A stretch of 64,000 nt of DNA. Origin: Balanoglossus misakiensis. Taxonomy: Eukaryota; Animalia; Hemichordata. The stretch covers positions 11,177,309 through 11,241,308 of the forward strand of contig CM082591.2 of assembly GCA_040954595.2 (NCBI GenBank), in the 5' to 3' direction. Shown in pieces: positions 49,801 to 62,800 of this stretch. Position 1 is the first letter of the stretch; each line of letters starts with the position of its first letter. The notes under the pieces were generated by a model that was not told the origin of the DNA, did not search any database, and saw only the letters and a list, made by a program, of their open reading frames with translations. The position numbers and the translations under genes were made by a program.

Positions 49801-52800
49801 CTATCTATCTCTTCGAGCTACGGCTGCATTAATTTTCGTGAAATATTTCATTGAAAAAATGTAGTTACTGGAAGATAAATTTAACAACAGTGACATTCTT
49901 TATCCTCTAGCACAACTCACGTTAATTTGCATAACCTTCGTCAGCAACTAACAACCATTTTCGTAAATGAACTATGGTGGATGACACATCGGAAAGTAAT
50001 GAGAAGGAAATGTACTGTAGATAGGGTTGATAGGTGGTAAATATACTCACCAAAACTAACAAACATTTTTGTTCTTGTATGGCACCACAGCATCCACAGA
50101 AGCCTACAACAGTTACCAGCACCCCCGCTGATATAAGAATGTAAGTTCCATTGTAATATTGCTGTGCTGTGTCTGATTCTATGGTGTTTAATTGGTCAAT
50201 ATATTTAGTTGCATCTACATCAAAGCGAAGCCACAGCCCCAGTGCCAAGATGAAGAGACCTGCAAACTGAACAGCAAGTACTATTATTAATATCCATCCA
50301 TCCATCCAACCGTCCGTCCGTCCGTCCGTCCATCCATCCATCCATCCGTCCGTCCGTCAATCCATCCGTCCGCGTAAGTAAAGACGTCGCCATACCCTAC
50401 ATCTGATTTTAATCAGATTGAGTATAAATACATTATGATTTCCTCAAGCTTCAAACGTCCTTTTGAACCTTCGCAACAGTTTCAGAGTTGCCTGAAGACA
50501 CGGAGATAATGACTGTGGCTCACGAAAATGAATATTTTGAGATCTGAATTGATGCTCAATAGGATTTACCGAGGATCTGTAGCGGTTTTGAAGAGGGTGT
50601 CATGGGATCCAATCAAAATTCCCAATTGTGCGAGAGAACGTGGTGTAACGCACTACCTCTTGACATCAGGGAATCTACAAACCTGGAGACTTTCAAAAGA
50701 AAACTGAAAAAGACCATACAGTGTGGTTTAACCATGAGCGTCATTGGGCAAAATTTCTTGTTTTTGATTTTGGCGCTATAGAAACCTTTGTTGATTGATT
50801 GTGTGATTGATTGATTGAACTTTGTTGTACACATCGGAGTAAATTTTTGCATGCATTTTATCAAAATGGGGGAGCTATTTTGACCTCTCCCAAAAATCCA
50901 TGGACTTGCCTGCACGAAAATTTACCTGTGAACAAACAGTCCCTGTTCTGACAGCAGTTAATGGGATTCGGCTCGATAAACGTTATAAAATAGGAATATG
51001 TAGCCCAACGCACGATGACAGGTCTTGCGCTAGACTCTCTCACAGCCCACGGTTCGCTATGCACCCTCAACCGTTTGGCAAGGGAGAAGCACCGTCTGGT
51101 GTTGTGTAGCTAACCTTAGCAATCAGTCCATAAGCCTGCATGGACGACGAGAGGGGCTGTGAGAGAGTCTAGTCTTGCGCCATACACCAACTATATACCC
51201 GGCCATTCACCCAACCTAATTCTAATTTGCTTCGTCATGTCAGGAATGCGCATTCCTTCCACAGTTGATTAAAACCAGTATCATCTGTGAAATCATTTGT
51301 GTGTGTAAAATTACTTTGCATGATAGCGAATAAATGGAATGCCGCTATCAGTACGTCTGATATTATAGGGTTCAAAGATGAAATGTATCACCGAGCATAA
51401 ATAAAGTATCAATACTTTTGCAGGGTTTGAAAAGTTCACGTTTGTGGTTACGAATGATTGAGTGTGGCGTTACTTTAAGCTTAGGGACTGTCCAGAATTT
51501 ACTTCCAGGGGGGGGGGGGGCGGAGGATTTTCAGGGGGGGGGGGGCACCCATTTTCCCCAAGAAAAATTAGGGGGGGGGGGCAGACATAAAAATCACAAT
51601 CCTTTAGGGGGGCATGTAAAAAAACCCTCACATACTCAATATTTGCCCAGAAGTACTGATTTATAAGAAACAAACCACCATGGCTACCTGGATGACAGAT
51701 GAACTCCACAAGTGTATTAAATCTTCATAAGCTGGAATTTCCGGTAATTTTGACGGTGGTTTATTTTGTATATCTACAACAGTTTCTTGTTCTACTACTC
51801 TGTGAAGCATAAGCACAGACCATATATGTACAATGAACAGTCAGTGTTGTTACTGTTGATAACTGAGCTCAATTCAAGTCCAGACAAGTTTTAAAGAATT
51901 AGACTTTTATGACAATCTATTAACTTTTCTATGACAAAAGATACCAGCAGCTAGTGATAATTAATTCTACATTTTTTTAGAATAAAGCATAGTACGCCTA
52001 AAGTATTTTGTGGAGTGACTGTGAATAAAGTAAGACATAATAAATCTCATTCATTTTACATGTACTTGCTAAAATATGGTACTCAGGTAGGAATCCAGAT
52101 TTAAAGCCCTACTAGCCGTAACTCTTCTTTTCTATTTTGTTCAAAGTTGCACAATATATGGGCAAGAATTCTGATTCCTACAAACTAAAATAATACACAA
52201 TATATATTTTTAAAATGTCTTTTTCTTCTGCAGTCCGAATCGTGCTTGTCTACAGTTTTTGTGAGGCTCAACACAGTCGAATTTGCAATTTCTGTCATTG
52301 AAAGATATTAATGGGCACCCTGTTTTCTGGTAATATTAAACTTAAAGAGACGTTAGCTTTAACTTTTGTCAATTTGTATCTGTATGTTTTTAGTCTTCTG
52401 TGTCAAGTGCACTTTCTTGGTCCACTCCTCAGAGTATTCTCATGTGTAACAGCAAATATTCTGTCTGTGATGTATCTATTGTTTTGATTATAGTACAAAC
52501 ACATAAAATTATATTGTTTTGTGCCAGCCAAAATCTTAGTTGCCCATTGCTAGGCTTCCCAAAAGTGTGCCACTTGGTTTTTATGACCACTTAACTGTCC
52601 CCTGTAAAATTGGTTATATCAGTAATAAGTAAATGATCTCTTGATTGTTCTTGCAAAGGGTGATGAACTTGTCAGACTGTATGTGCCGTAGTCTGCAAGC
52701 ATGCATGTATATATCGGGGGCATGGAAAAAAACAGGAAATTTAAGGGGGGTCGGGTAATCGGAACAGTACATATATCTTTTTATTTGGCCTTATCCATTT

Positions 52801-54297
52801 CCCATAAATTTTGAAATCTCACGTACAAATTAATATTTGATAGACTAAATGGGTACAGTTATCCCTTGAGATACTGATTATTCTATAACAGATGATCTTC
52901 TTCATTACATGTATCAAACGATATTTGTTTTATCAGCTCGAAATAATTCCTCACTTATGTCGTCTCGATGAAAGTGCGTTGCGTCAAGACGATAGCGACT
53001 ATGACGTAGAAATAACTCGGCCTCTTGCCGAGAAACATTCTCATAACTCTTTGTGTATTTACTCAACATGCCACACACGTCACCAAACCTGGTAAACCAG
53101 TCTCTAACAAACTCAAAAGAAAGGTATATAATAGCAATAGTCCGAGAATGTCCATGTCAGTCTCAGAACACACTCTTCAATGAATCGTACATTTAATAAA
53201 TGTACCATTTCGTCAGTTATTTCCGCTGATTTAACTGATTTCCTTTGATTTCGGTGTCCATACAAGTTTATGTCGACATGTCCGTACTGCGTGTGCGTGG
53301 TCTATAAACTCCACTGAAGGAACACGCCATAACCACGTTTACGGTAATTGGCGCACACGACGTTGACTTCAGAGATTGTTTTAGAAAGACTATATCTCTG
53401 GACATAAAAGTAAAACACGGTCAAAGTTTGCAGCGTAAGATATTGAGTACTTGCAATGGACGCCCGTAGTGGCTATTGGAATCTGACCGGAATGTGTGTT
53501 GTGGGTCAACGATAGCTACAGCTGTACTAGAATAATTACTATTCTCTTGCGTCAGATTTGACCGACAATTCTGAAGAACACCTCTAAGTTTAAATTAAAC
53601 TGCAGTTCATATTCATAGAGACTGCACTTTATCAGTGTTTTCATGTAGGTCACATAAGCTAGCGAACTCTTAAACATCCTTGAAGTAAAATATGTTTACA
53701 TTCAACGTCATCATCCAGGGACGACCTATCAACGTTCATTCAAAACGAATTTCATTTGACGATTCTTGTTGATCGTCTGAACAGCTCGACATTTTAAGAT
53801 AAAAGCGAACGCTGACGAATTGAAGTGCGGGATCGTTAAAATGTCAGCGACATGTTGCAAACAGAGTTTAAGATCAAAGAGGGTTGGGCAGAGCCAAGCT
53901 TAGTAGGTCGTTGTGGAATGCCTGACATATACCGCTACTGTGCAGCCACGGTTGGCCTTTAAATGTCAACCAACAAGTAATGCAAAATAGCATGTGTGAT
54001 CCGAATGAAATGTTCAACGAAAAAGAACTATCTGTGGGTGTTCAGAATCGCAGTTAAAACCTTAATTACGGTGTATTGGAGGATCTTGTTGGCAAAAATG
54101 GGGATATAGTCATCAAGGCGTTTAAAATTAATTCCGTTGACATACCATATATAATTATGTTCATGCCCCAGAATCATATCAGATTCAAAAACGTGGGACG
54201 AAATTATAAGAAATAAATCTGTACTCACCCAAAACACCAAATTGAAAACAAATAAACTGTATTTGACGAATTTCATGCATCTGCCTTCCACCGCCAT
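34817..54297 (-). CDS. Tetraspanin (CD9/CD81/TSPAN8-like), 6 coding exons, 245 aa
   Basis: Exons 54297-54229, 50266-50051, 48531-48358, 47336-47214, 35844-35761 and 34888-34817, all phase 0. Motifs [36 protein letters not shown] and GC. Confidence 0.92.
36484..37512 (+). CDS. Gag-like ORF of the outer Ngaro element
   Basis: 342 aa with N-terminal CxxC..H..C, a coiled coil, [10 protein letters not shown] and a C-terminal ICYKYN..C..C finger. The TGA probably replaces a Cys codon, since the frame continues *YRC..H. Confidence 0.75.
   Translation: MSYHSDNKTLPRSDRRTPNCSGCKQAVKGHRALGLQPGPNCTSVPQPQGTDGSSAIPTPSVVVEQTVDSSQFEDLQARQAELLQEKQFLLQKREQRVLQTCISELEHEVATLRGQDVTTSPTQLPPSTPFSSGNGGPPTLDTPRRNPAANQAVDAQLSHIVNSAWPTSIGQFTRAEWPIAHMSQGKPGKHPRDTQAPSSADESKVKRPHLRLPRKTFDNLTIPQLVKGELEIINSVYLPISSEERAPRLLHLQNLMRLAHKHDWIDVLNFHGTILEKIQSAELRWQDCFDRYEKELLSPDTLKSVKQGTDRGKKQAVKKSDICYKYNFQTCEWGDKCFRRYI
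37560..39330 (+). pseudogene. Heavily decayed pol/YR region of the outer element
   Basis: Remnants [13 protein letters not shown] (three times; about 105-bp tandem at 37928-38137), [10 protein letters not shown] and MAYSSST. Confidence 0.6.
39374..39797 (-). pseudogene. Tyrosine recombinase N-terminal (core-binding) part, truncated
   Basis: [48 protein letters not shown], after which the sequence runs into B1. Confidence 0.85.
39686..41783 (-). pseudogene. DIRS/Ngaro-type RT-RNase H, disrupted
   Basis: [32 protein letters not shown] and NCIPDAISR motifs. In-frame TGA at 41559-41561 and MITE insertion at 40087-40434. Confidence 0.92.
40087..40434. mobile_element. Kolobok-like MITE inserted in RNase H
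   Basis: TTAA TSD at 40083-40086 and 40435-40438. Same family as 29026-29373. Confidence 0.9.
42864..44940 (-). pseudogene. Gag of paralogous element Y, split by one insertion (429 aa when rejoined), followed by the start of pol to about 42720
   Basis: 44940-44286 plus 43498-42864 gives 1290 nt in frame (..[11 protein letters not shown]..). SAM-like N-terminus and C-terminal [22 protein letters not shown] finger. Clearly homologous to X gag. Confidence 0.85.
43507..44285. mobile_element. 0.78-kb TIR element (Merlin- or MULE-like)
   Basis: About 125-bp TIRs ggctagttata..tataactagcc. 8-bp TSD CTGCCATA, or 10-bp CCTGCCATAG if the ends are drawn one base inward. Confidence 0.82.
50291..50371 (+). 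repeat. (TCCA/TCCG)n microsatellite
   Basis: Directly visible, about 25 nt from the tetraspanin exon 2 acceptor. Confidence 0.85.
50630..50818 (+). mobile_element. LINE 3' end fragment with (GATT)n tail
   Basis: [21 protein letters not shown]-like remnant followed by gattgattga repeats. Confidence 0.55.
51031..51171. mobile_element. AcademH-like MITE
   Basis: TIR tagactctctcacagccc / gggctgtgagagagtcta and 9-bp TSD GTCTTGCGC. Confidence 0.88.
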
Positions 54298-55244
54298 CTT
54301 GTATATGTATTGCACGAACAGATAGTTTGAGTACCACACCATCTGATGGAAGACAGTAATCTTGGAGGTGAGTCGTGATAAACTATCGCTGTGGATAATA
54401 TCAGCATTGGGGGCGCTATTGATAATAAACGTCGGGCTATTTGCAATGTTTTATTCTGCTCCTACAAGGGGTAAACTGAACCTAGCTGCAATGATTTAGT
54501 GGGTAGAATCATTGCAGCTAAACCAAACAAGTTACCCGATCAAATGAGCCACTATTATTCACAACAACTCAAAACTGGTCATTAAACAAGCTCCGAATCA
54601 AGACACTCTACACACTTGACCCAATGACCTTTCAGTGTGTTGCAGTGGTCAGGATCACATAACATTTCTAACATTTCTACCAGATATGAAGTCAATGTCC
54701 TCGAGCGATTAGTTTTTCTTGGGTCGATACTTCAAGGCAGAAGAAATGTGTCGACAGCGCAAATTGCCGTTTTTCTCGCTTTTGTCGATTTTGACAACTT
54801 CAAAAGAATTAGACTCAACTCATGTGGACTCAAATCACATCCACCAACCAAAACAAAACAAACCAAAATTTTGTAGTCGGTAAAGTGTTCCTAGCGGGAA
54901 TGAACGTCGATTTGATCCTATTTTCTAAAAATCTAACTTGCAAGTGCTGTTATTCCTCAATGAAAGCAGATAGCGCAAATGTACTCTAAGGGACCGTTCA
55001 GTTTTTACGGCTGGGGGGCAAGTTTGCGTCATCGATTTTCAAAATCCCATAATATTCTGATAATACATGTACTTCAATTAACCATAGAGGGCAGTGTACA
55101 TCAGAACACGACATCCGCCAATCACTTTCATATGATACCTTTGCATACACATCATTATGTCAAAGGCATGAATAGTGACTTGAGCTTGCAAAGAAAGATA
55201 AATGAGGGTTGGTTGGTCTTCAAGGATCCAGTTCAGGGGACTTA

Positions 55245-55479
55245 GGCCAAATAAAAAATATGTTCTGTTCCGATAACCCGACCTATCCTAATTTTAGCCC
55301 ACCGATCCTAATCTGTTTAGAGCATCGTAAACCTGAAGTAAAAATAATGATGTCAAATATACACAATTTATGAAATTCTGTGAATCACGCAAGAACTAAA
55401 AAAAAAAAATTCCCTACCTATCTACCCTATTTTTTTTTTAAAACCATGTAATTGGAACAGCACATATTATTTTTTGGCC
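55245..55479. mobile_element. PIF/Harbinger-like MITE
   Basis: TTA|ggccaaataaaaaata..tattattttttggcc|TAA. Confidence 0.6.
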
Positions 55480-56826
55480 TAATGTTGCAGTTTCAAAATC
55501 TAACTAAAAATTCCAGAATTTTTCAGGAATTCTTCATCATTTTTGAAGAACATGCAACTCATGGTAAAATTTACTGTGACAGCATGAACAACCCTACTTG
55601 CTTAAAGGGCGACGATCGTCTTCTGGGCATGTGCCAAACCAGAGACTCTAGTTACGAAAATTGTATACATTCTATGCCAGAAAGATGTGTGCTGTTCTAA
55701 CAACAGACAAAATGGTGGTGACCATAGTCTGTGTCGGAGATCAGGAAAAGTCGGCAAATTGGGCGAAAAGATGGGACAAAACTGAAGTCTACTTTATATG
55801 GTGGGCATGAAATATGGAGGGAAGCAAAGGCAGTCCACTATTTGAATGCGTTGAACACAAAATTTGCAGAACATTTGGATTGGACGTAATGTTTGGAACA
55901 CAAGAAATGACAGCATGCGCATAAGACGATTGTGAACGTTTGATTTCAGCTTTCCAGTTTTACTTCACATTGTAGAAATGTGGAAGAATTGTTTGAAATG
56001 TAAAAGGCTTTTAAGGATTTTCCAACAAGCAGCAAACCTTCAGTGTAATCAACAGTGGACAAACTGCAGCAAGGATTTAGACAAAGAAAACATTTAATTC
56101 TGTTAGACAGATATTCTTTTTATTATAAACCAATACGTTGATCATATAAGACAGAAAGAGTACTGTTGCTGAGTGGAGTTACGATTCACCTAGTAAGCAA
56201 TCCAACAAACAAAATAAGTGCACACTTGTACAGCTATAACCACTATTGTTGTTGGAATTCCCCCTACCTTAAATAGGTTTTAAGCTGCCTTTAAAGTGAG
56301 TGATGAAAATCTCATATGGTCGACACAATTTCAAGATGGCCGATTTTTGCCATGTTTAAGAAATGGGAGTTCATAAGCTCAAGTGATGATGGGTCATTCT
56401 GAAACTTTTTAACAGAAAAAATAACAAAATGTGAAATAAGTTTAATGAGTTAAATATGCTAACTACAAAGGAAGTCATGAAATACAGTAAACATATCATT
56501 TCTTCTATCTCTTACTACAGTGGGTTGTCAACTTTTCGCCCAGAATGCAATGCAATGTGATTTGACCCCCTAGCGCAAAGTGATAACCTATTTAAGGCAG
56601 CCAGAATTCACAAACTTTTTGTGATAGTACTTTGACATGACTGCTGAATGGTTTCACTTTTCTAACCTTGATATACAAGTGTCTACAAATCCAAAATCTA
56701 TGAAAACAGTAGTTAGGACCAAATGGAATGGGAAGGATGGAGAGTTGAAATTTTTATTCCTAGCAGTCTAGGTATTGTTATTTCTGGCAGTGCAGCGGAA
56801 TGATTGTAGATCACGGTCAATGACAT

Positions 56827-59800
56827 CTAGGATACTGTAAACTCTACTGATTGGTTCAGGTAGGCATTGTAGCCAGCTTCCTGGTAACGTTTAGCCTCTT
56901 TAGCTGGGTCATCAGCCTGAAGAGAGAAAGAAATCAATTAGATGATGGTAGATATAATTGGGGAATGCAAGACTTTCATTGTATTTTACTTTTCCCATGG
57001 TGGCGGCCATATTTATTTTGTAACAAAACTTAATTATTTGTCTGGATAACATTTGCATATGCACTCATACTTGCATAAAACTTCATTGCATACATCTGTA
57101 TAGGCTTACGGTAGTACAGTTTGACAATAAATTTCATGATAATTTCCCAAGTTACAGCTTATCGGGTGCAGAACTCAGTTATATTAGATAAAAAGCTTAT
57201 AGTTTCAGACAGACAGGAAAATACATATTGTTGTACCACAATGAGTTGAAGTAGCACAGTATTGGTGACAGAGATTTCATAAAAAAACAAACCTTGTAAA
57301 TGCCTCTCCCAACAATGATGATGTCACTTCCTCTATTTTGTATGACTTCCCCTGGAGTTAAATACTGCTGACCTAGGGAGTCACCCCCACTGGATAACTG
57401 AACACCTGGATTTATGAATCAGAACAAAAATATGAAATCACATGTGATGATAAGTTTGGAGGATGTTTACGTTTTAAAAACCATGGAAGAACATCATATT
57501 GAAGTACAGAATCTTTTTTGCCATTATCCAAGAACATGTATCCCAAATCCCTCCACAAATTCAGTGAAACCATTTTAAAATACAGTGAAACCTGTCTATA
57601 AAGGACACCTCTGGCACCAGAAAATCTGTCCTTAATAGACAGGTAATATTCTTTTCAAACTGTGACTTTTGTCTTGAAAAAGTGTCCTGATGTCTGTAAT
57701 GACAGGTTTCACTGTACATGTTAAACATGTGATCAAGAGTACTACATGTAGACTCTAATATGCAGGAAGTCTTTGTGAATTATGTGGCATGCTGTAAGGG
57801 ACCGTTCAGTTTTTACGGCAGGAGGGGGGGGCAAAATCCGGGGGGGGGGGGGGGGGGGGGTCACTTAAATTTTGAAGTCCACAAGGGGGGGGGGGTCATC
57901 TGGTTTTTTTAAACGTTTAGGGGGGGTCACATACTTTTGCCACCGAACTATTTTTGATGAAGTGGCATTATTGCTTAGACACTGTTTGAGTAGCAGGCTA
58001 TATTGGCAATCAGAAAATAAACTGGACAATTTTGGTCGTGCTGTATTGACTTGCAATCAGTGAATCCATAGCTTTCCATATTGGCTATGGAACTGAGACT
58101 GACATACAACTGTGGTATAACCATAGACAGATTGACAACTGACAGAGAATATCTTCGATTTCAAAGGTGAATTTTATACCCAAATATTTAACTTTCAGAG
58201 CTAGTACAATATAGATGCCACAAAAATTGAAATATTCCAATGGATTCAATCACTTTCAGCCAGCAGTCTACTCTGAGTTGAAAATACAACCAGCAGTGAA
58301 ACAGATGACTTGCTATGTGGATCCATTGGTGATCGGCCTGAAGGGGGAAATTGGCATAATCTCTTTCTGCACAAGAGTCACTTTCTTCACCTCTCAGTTA
58401 TATCTCCATCACAGATTGGGATCTCTAACTTGAAACTGTAACCTGCTCCCTATGAGTACGTGTTGCCATATTTTCTAGTACATGTACTGAGTATGTCATA
58501 GATCACATGGCTCATGATTGCATGACCTCATTTTGAACTTGCTCCTGCATCTAATGACGCCACAAGTCAACTATGACACTTCCAATTTCCAGACCTTTTT
58601 GGCGGTCAATATCTCTATGTGCCCGTGAAATTTAAAGTTGGAGACACTGGCGTTTTCAGACAACTGTTAAACAACATTTTGCAATATTTATTGTGAAATA
58701 GAGGGTAACATTCCCCTTGAAAGAGAGACTTGGTATACAACCTTGACAAAATGGAGTTGTTTGCTTACCAGGAGTCATGTGAATAAATCTGGGATCTGAT
58801 GTCAGTCGGGATTTACAAATAAAGCCCATCACAAAGTCAGCATTATCTTCCGCCATCTTGACAGAAGCTGAAAAAAATATCAGTTTTATTATGACGGCAG
58901 GATCATATAATTTACACAATTTAGCAAATCAGAATTCACCTGTCTATACAGACTAATGTCGAGTCTTACTTTAAAGCGCCATTAGCTATAACTTTTCGCT
59001 ATGTTTTCAGTATGTTTGTTTGTAAATCTACTGGATTTTCTTGTTCAGATTCCTGAAACATGATGAAATGCCCAGTATCCAGCTTATCAACACAACCTAT
59101 AAGTATATAGTCAGTATTGTTATTGTGCAAAATTTGAATTCAAGTCTGGACTAGAATTCATTTGTCAGCAATAACAATGGCCATTACACAAATACAGGCT
59201 ATGGTGACAAGTGGAGTAGTGGGCATTTTAGCATTCTGCTTGGAGTATAACAAGAAATTACATTTGGTATACAAAACAAAAATATTGAAAATAAAGCCCA
59301 AAGTTACCACTGATGTCCCTTTAGTCATGTATAATTATGTTTGTTTACACTTTCTTATGGCTAACAAGCACCCAAGAGTTTAAAGGTCTCATGCCATGCT
59401 TCGGAAAGTTTTCATTTTTCCACGTCAAAAGCTCACCTAGGGTACCTGTCTATGCATTGCCTATTGTGTCGGTTCCGAAAAATGTGCACGAATGCCGGAA
59501 TTTGCCCCCTTTTTTCATGCCTGTGATCGGGGAGCCACTTCGCACTCGAGCCAGGCGAAGGTATTTGCATATGGACAAACAAGTACACTACGTCGTAGTG
59601 TACCATTCTGTTTACAGTAAAGTGTAATTATCGGTCCATGAGTAATTAAGTCCACAGACAAAGACAAGCTATATAAACAGTGTTCAAAGCAAAGGAAGCC
59701 CTTGCCTCACATTGCAGGCAGAGGATTTACAAAGGTGTGAAAGACTATTTGTCCACATCAAGATAAGTCTTCGGCTTAACTTCGAAAAGCCGAAAAAAAT

Positions 59801-62800
59801 CGACTGAGTTGGGTTAGGGGTACACGCCCACCCACCACTTTTACTTGCTTGTTATCTAAGCACAAGGGGCAAAACGCATTGCAAGATAGTAACATACGTT
59901 AACTTCAAGACCCAAATAGTGATTTTACGCGTGGTTGTATAGGGCATGGCATGAGACCTTTAACAGTACAGATACATGTATGAAACAGCTGGTTGTATTG
60001 TACCAGGTTCACACCGGGTACAATTTGAGATACTATTTGCCTATGGTAACCACAGAGCATTAATCATTTGAGTCCCCTTGTGTCCACACACACAAAGTTT
60101 ATGTATAGGCGCTGAGGTTTGGTCCCATAGACAATGGGTTGCAGAGAGGTGTTAATCCTTACGCCAGCTCAGGTCTGGGCGGCAAAGCTGTCTCAAATCT
60201 GAGACGTTTCAGGACCACTATACACCGTCCACACATTTTTTTTAAAGACGGTTTCTGATCTGAGACGTTTCAGAAAGATTACTAGCAGTTCAGACTTTGG
60301 TGTTTACCAACTATGCTGACACACTACCTTTTGTGTAATCTCCAGTGGCTAGGTTTCCCTGTGAGCTCATCTCCGCTATCAAGAGACATCCCCTCTGTTT
60401 TGGAAGACCAACTTCTTTGAGACCTTGAATAATGCCATTACCAGGTAGTGTGTGTGCATTAGTGATGTGGGCCCAGTCACTGATCTGGTATACTCCATGA
60501 CTGTATTGGTGTTTCACTGTGTTACCAATGTCAGCAAACTTCCTGCAAATACATAGGTGATGGTTAGACCAAGTGACCTCTGACCTCTGTCAGGAATGTC
60601 CTTACAGCCTGTAGCAAGCGAAAAGGAATTTGCATGTTACAAAGTACAGGTTTATCAATTTCATTCAAATATTTCCGAGCAGACTGATTATAGCCCTGTT
60701 CTCACTGTAACGTTTTCAACTGTGTAGAAACTTTCCTGATCTGACTGACAGAAAAATATACATGTGAACTCAGCATTCCAGCGGTGCCCCACACTTAAAC
60801 TGAACGATGTATGTCGGCGAAAATGAAAAGATTTTACAAACAACGAAGGCCAGTGATTTTCTTCTGTTTACAGCCTGAAAATTATCTCTTACATCCGGTT
60901 ATTTTTTCTGGCTTCCAGGTATTTTCTACATCCCTGGTGATCTTTACTAAATCCCGGGCTATCCGCACTATGTTTGACGTCCAACTTACAGTTGTTCAGT
61001 GACCGTCCAGGGGCGGATTCATTGCATCAATTTCAATGCACATTGTTGGTTATTTACATTGCTGCATTTTTATTGGAAATACGGTAATCCAGCAATGCTG
61101 CCCTCTAGATGCAACACTGCCTGTATGTATAACAGCCAGGCTGTTATATATATACAGGCTATGTTGACAAGCACAGTACTGGTTATATTAGCATGATATT
61201 TGGAGTAGAGAAAGAAATTGCATTTGATACACAGAACAAAAATACTAGTGAACAAGCCAAAGATAGAGGTAATCTCCGTTTAATAGCGCAGTTTTGAGAT
61301 ATGTCAGAGATGTGAACAGACCCTATATGAAAAACAAAGACATGAATTCAACTTCACAGAGAACTAATGTAGAAGAATTTACCCATTGTGCAATGCTACA
61401 CTGACCAAACAGATGAGGGGCCATCAATGTCCCCTTGCCGATTCTATGCACAAACAATGCAGCATCTCTGGGACAAAATTGGCAGCTATAGATGCCTATT
61501 TCAGTTCTGTTGCTGATAACGACCCGTGCCTCATAAAATCAATCGCACAGTGAATAGTTTTGTCTTATTAAAATAGATAATTTAGAGAATTTGGTTTAAA
61601 TGGGTGAAAATCTGCCTGTGATTTTTTATCGGACAGCGCAGGTCACCAGATTGCATAGAAATCCAAACACTGCATAAGATACTCCCCGCACCATCGTCGC
61701 AAACCACGGCCCTTTTACGGCAGCGCTCTGCTCCCCGCAAAAAGGCCGTGGTATAATACGCCCATGTATTCAGTATTTGGTCTAGGCGCTTTCATAGTAC
61801 ATCCAACAACCAATCAGATTGCTTGTTACATCCCATTCACGCATCTCATTACATCTCATTCTAAACAACATGGCGGCTTCCAGTGGCAGTGCTTTGAGTC
61901 TGAGTGAGAGCGAAGAACGTGCAGTTTGATTGGCCAGATTATAATGATGTCATCTCATGAATATGCATTACCAATATGTTCAAATACCAGCGCGGTACTC
62001 CATTTTAACCAGAGTACGTGATTTCGATAGTGAAATGAAAGAAATCCGTAGTCTGGTGGGGCGAGAATGCCCCGCACTGACACTTCAGTCAATGAAGTTT
62101 CATTCAGCTTGTCTCGGCATGTTGCAAAACACCTGGAGACTTTGTTGGGTGATCAGAGATATCAGTGAGCGAATGAATGATGCGTTCGCTTTAAAGCACC
62201 TAGCTCGTCTCACACACATGTTTCAGCTGTAGCCGCTGGTTACACACGTTTAGTGAACAGTTTATTCCATAAGGCAGTGCTCTGTCCTAACAACAGACAA
62301 GATAGCGGCGACCATAATCTGTGTTGGAGATCGGGAAAAGACACCAGCTTGGGTGAGGAGGGACAAAACCAGAATCTACTTATACGGTGTGCATGAAATA
62401 TGGAAGGAAGCGATGGCAGTCCATTATTTGAATGCATCGAACGGAAAATTCGCTGAACATTTGCTGGCTATACGCATGCGCGTGAGACGATCTATTGCCT
62501 TTAACTGACAATGAGACATTGCACCGAGTGATTTGGATTTTCAAAGAAGCCAAATGCTTAGGCTGTCTAAGTAAGCTATGTTCAATGCAAACACATACAT
62601 TTTTAATTTTGTACTGTTAGTGAATCTTGACAAATCACCACATACCTGTCTTCGAAAATAAGAAAGTTGTGTTTCTCTGCCAACTTCTGCAGGGATTTGA
62701 TGAAGTCCTGATTGAAATCTTCCAAAATATCGACGTGTGTTTTCAGCAGACAAATAAATGGTCCAACGCTGTCTGCCAGCTTTATAGAAATATTTTCAGA

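Noticed and set aside
61704-61752. acggcccttttacggc as a histone stem-loop
   Set aside because: The 3' arm does not pair. It is one half of a larger inverted repeat (ccacggccctttt / aaaaggccgtgg) in a UMPS intron, with no upstream ORF.
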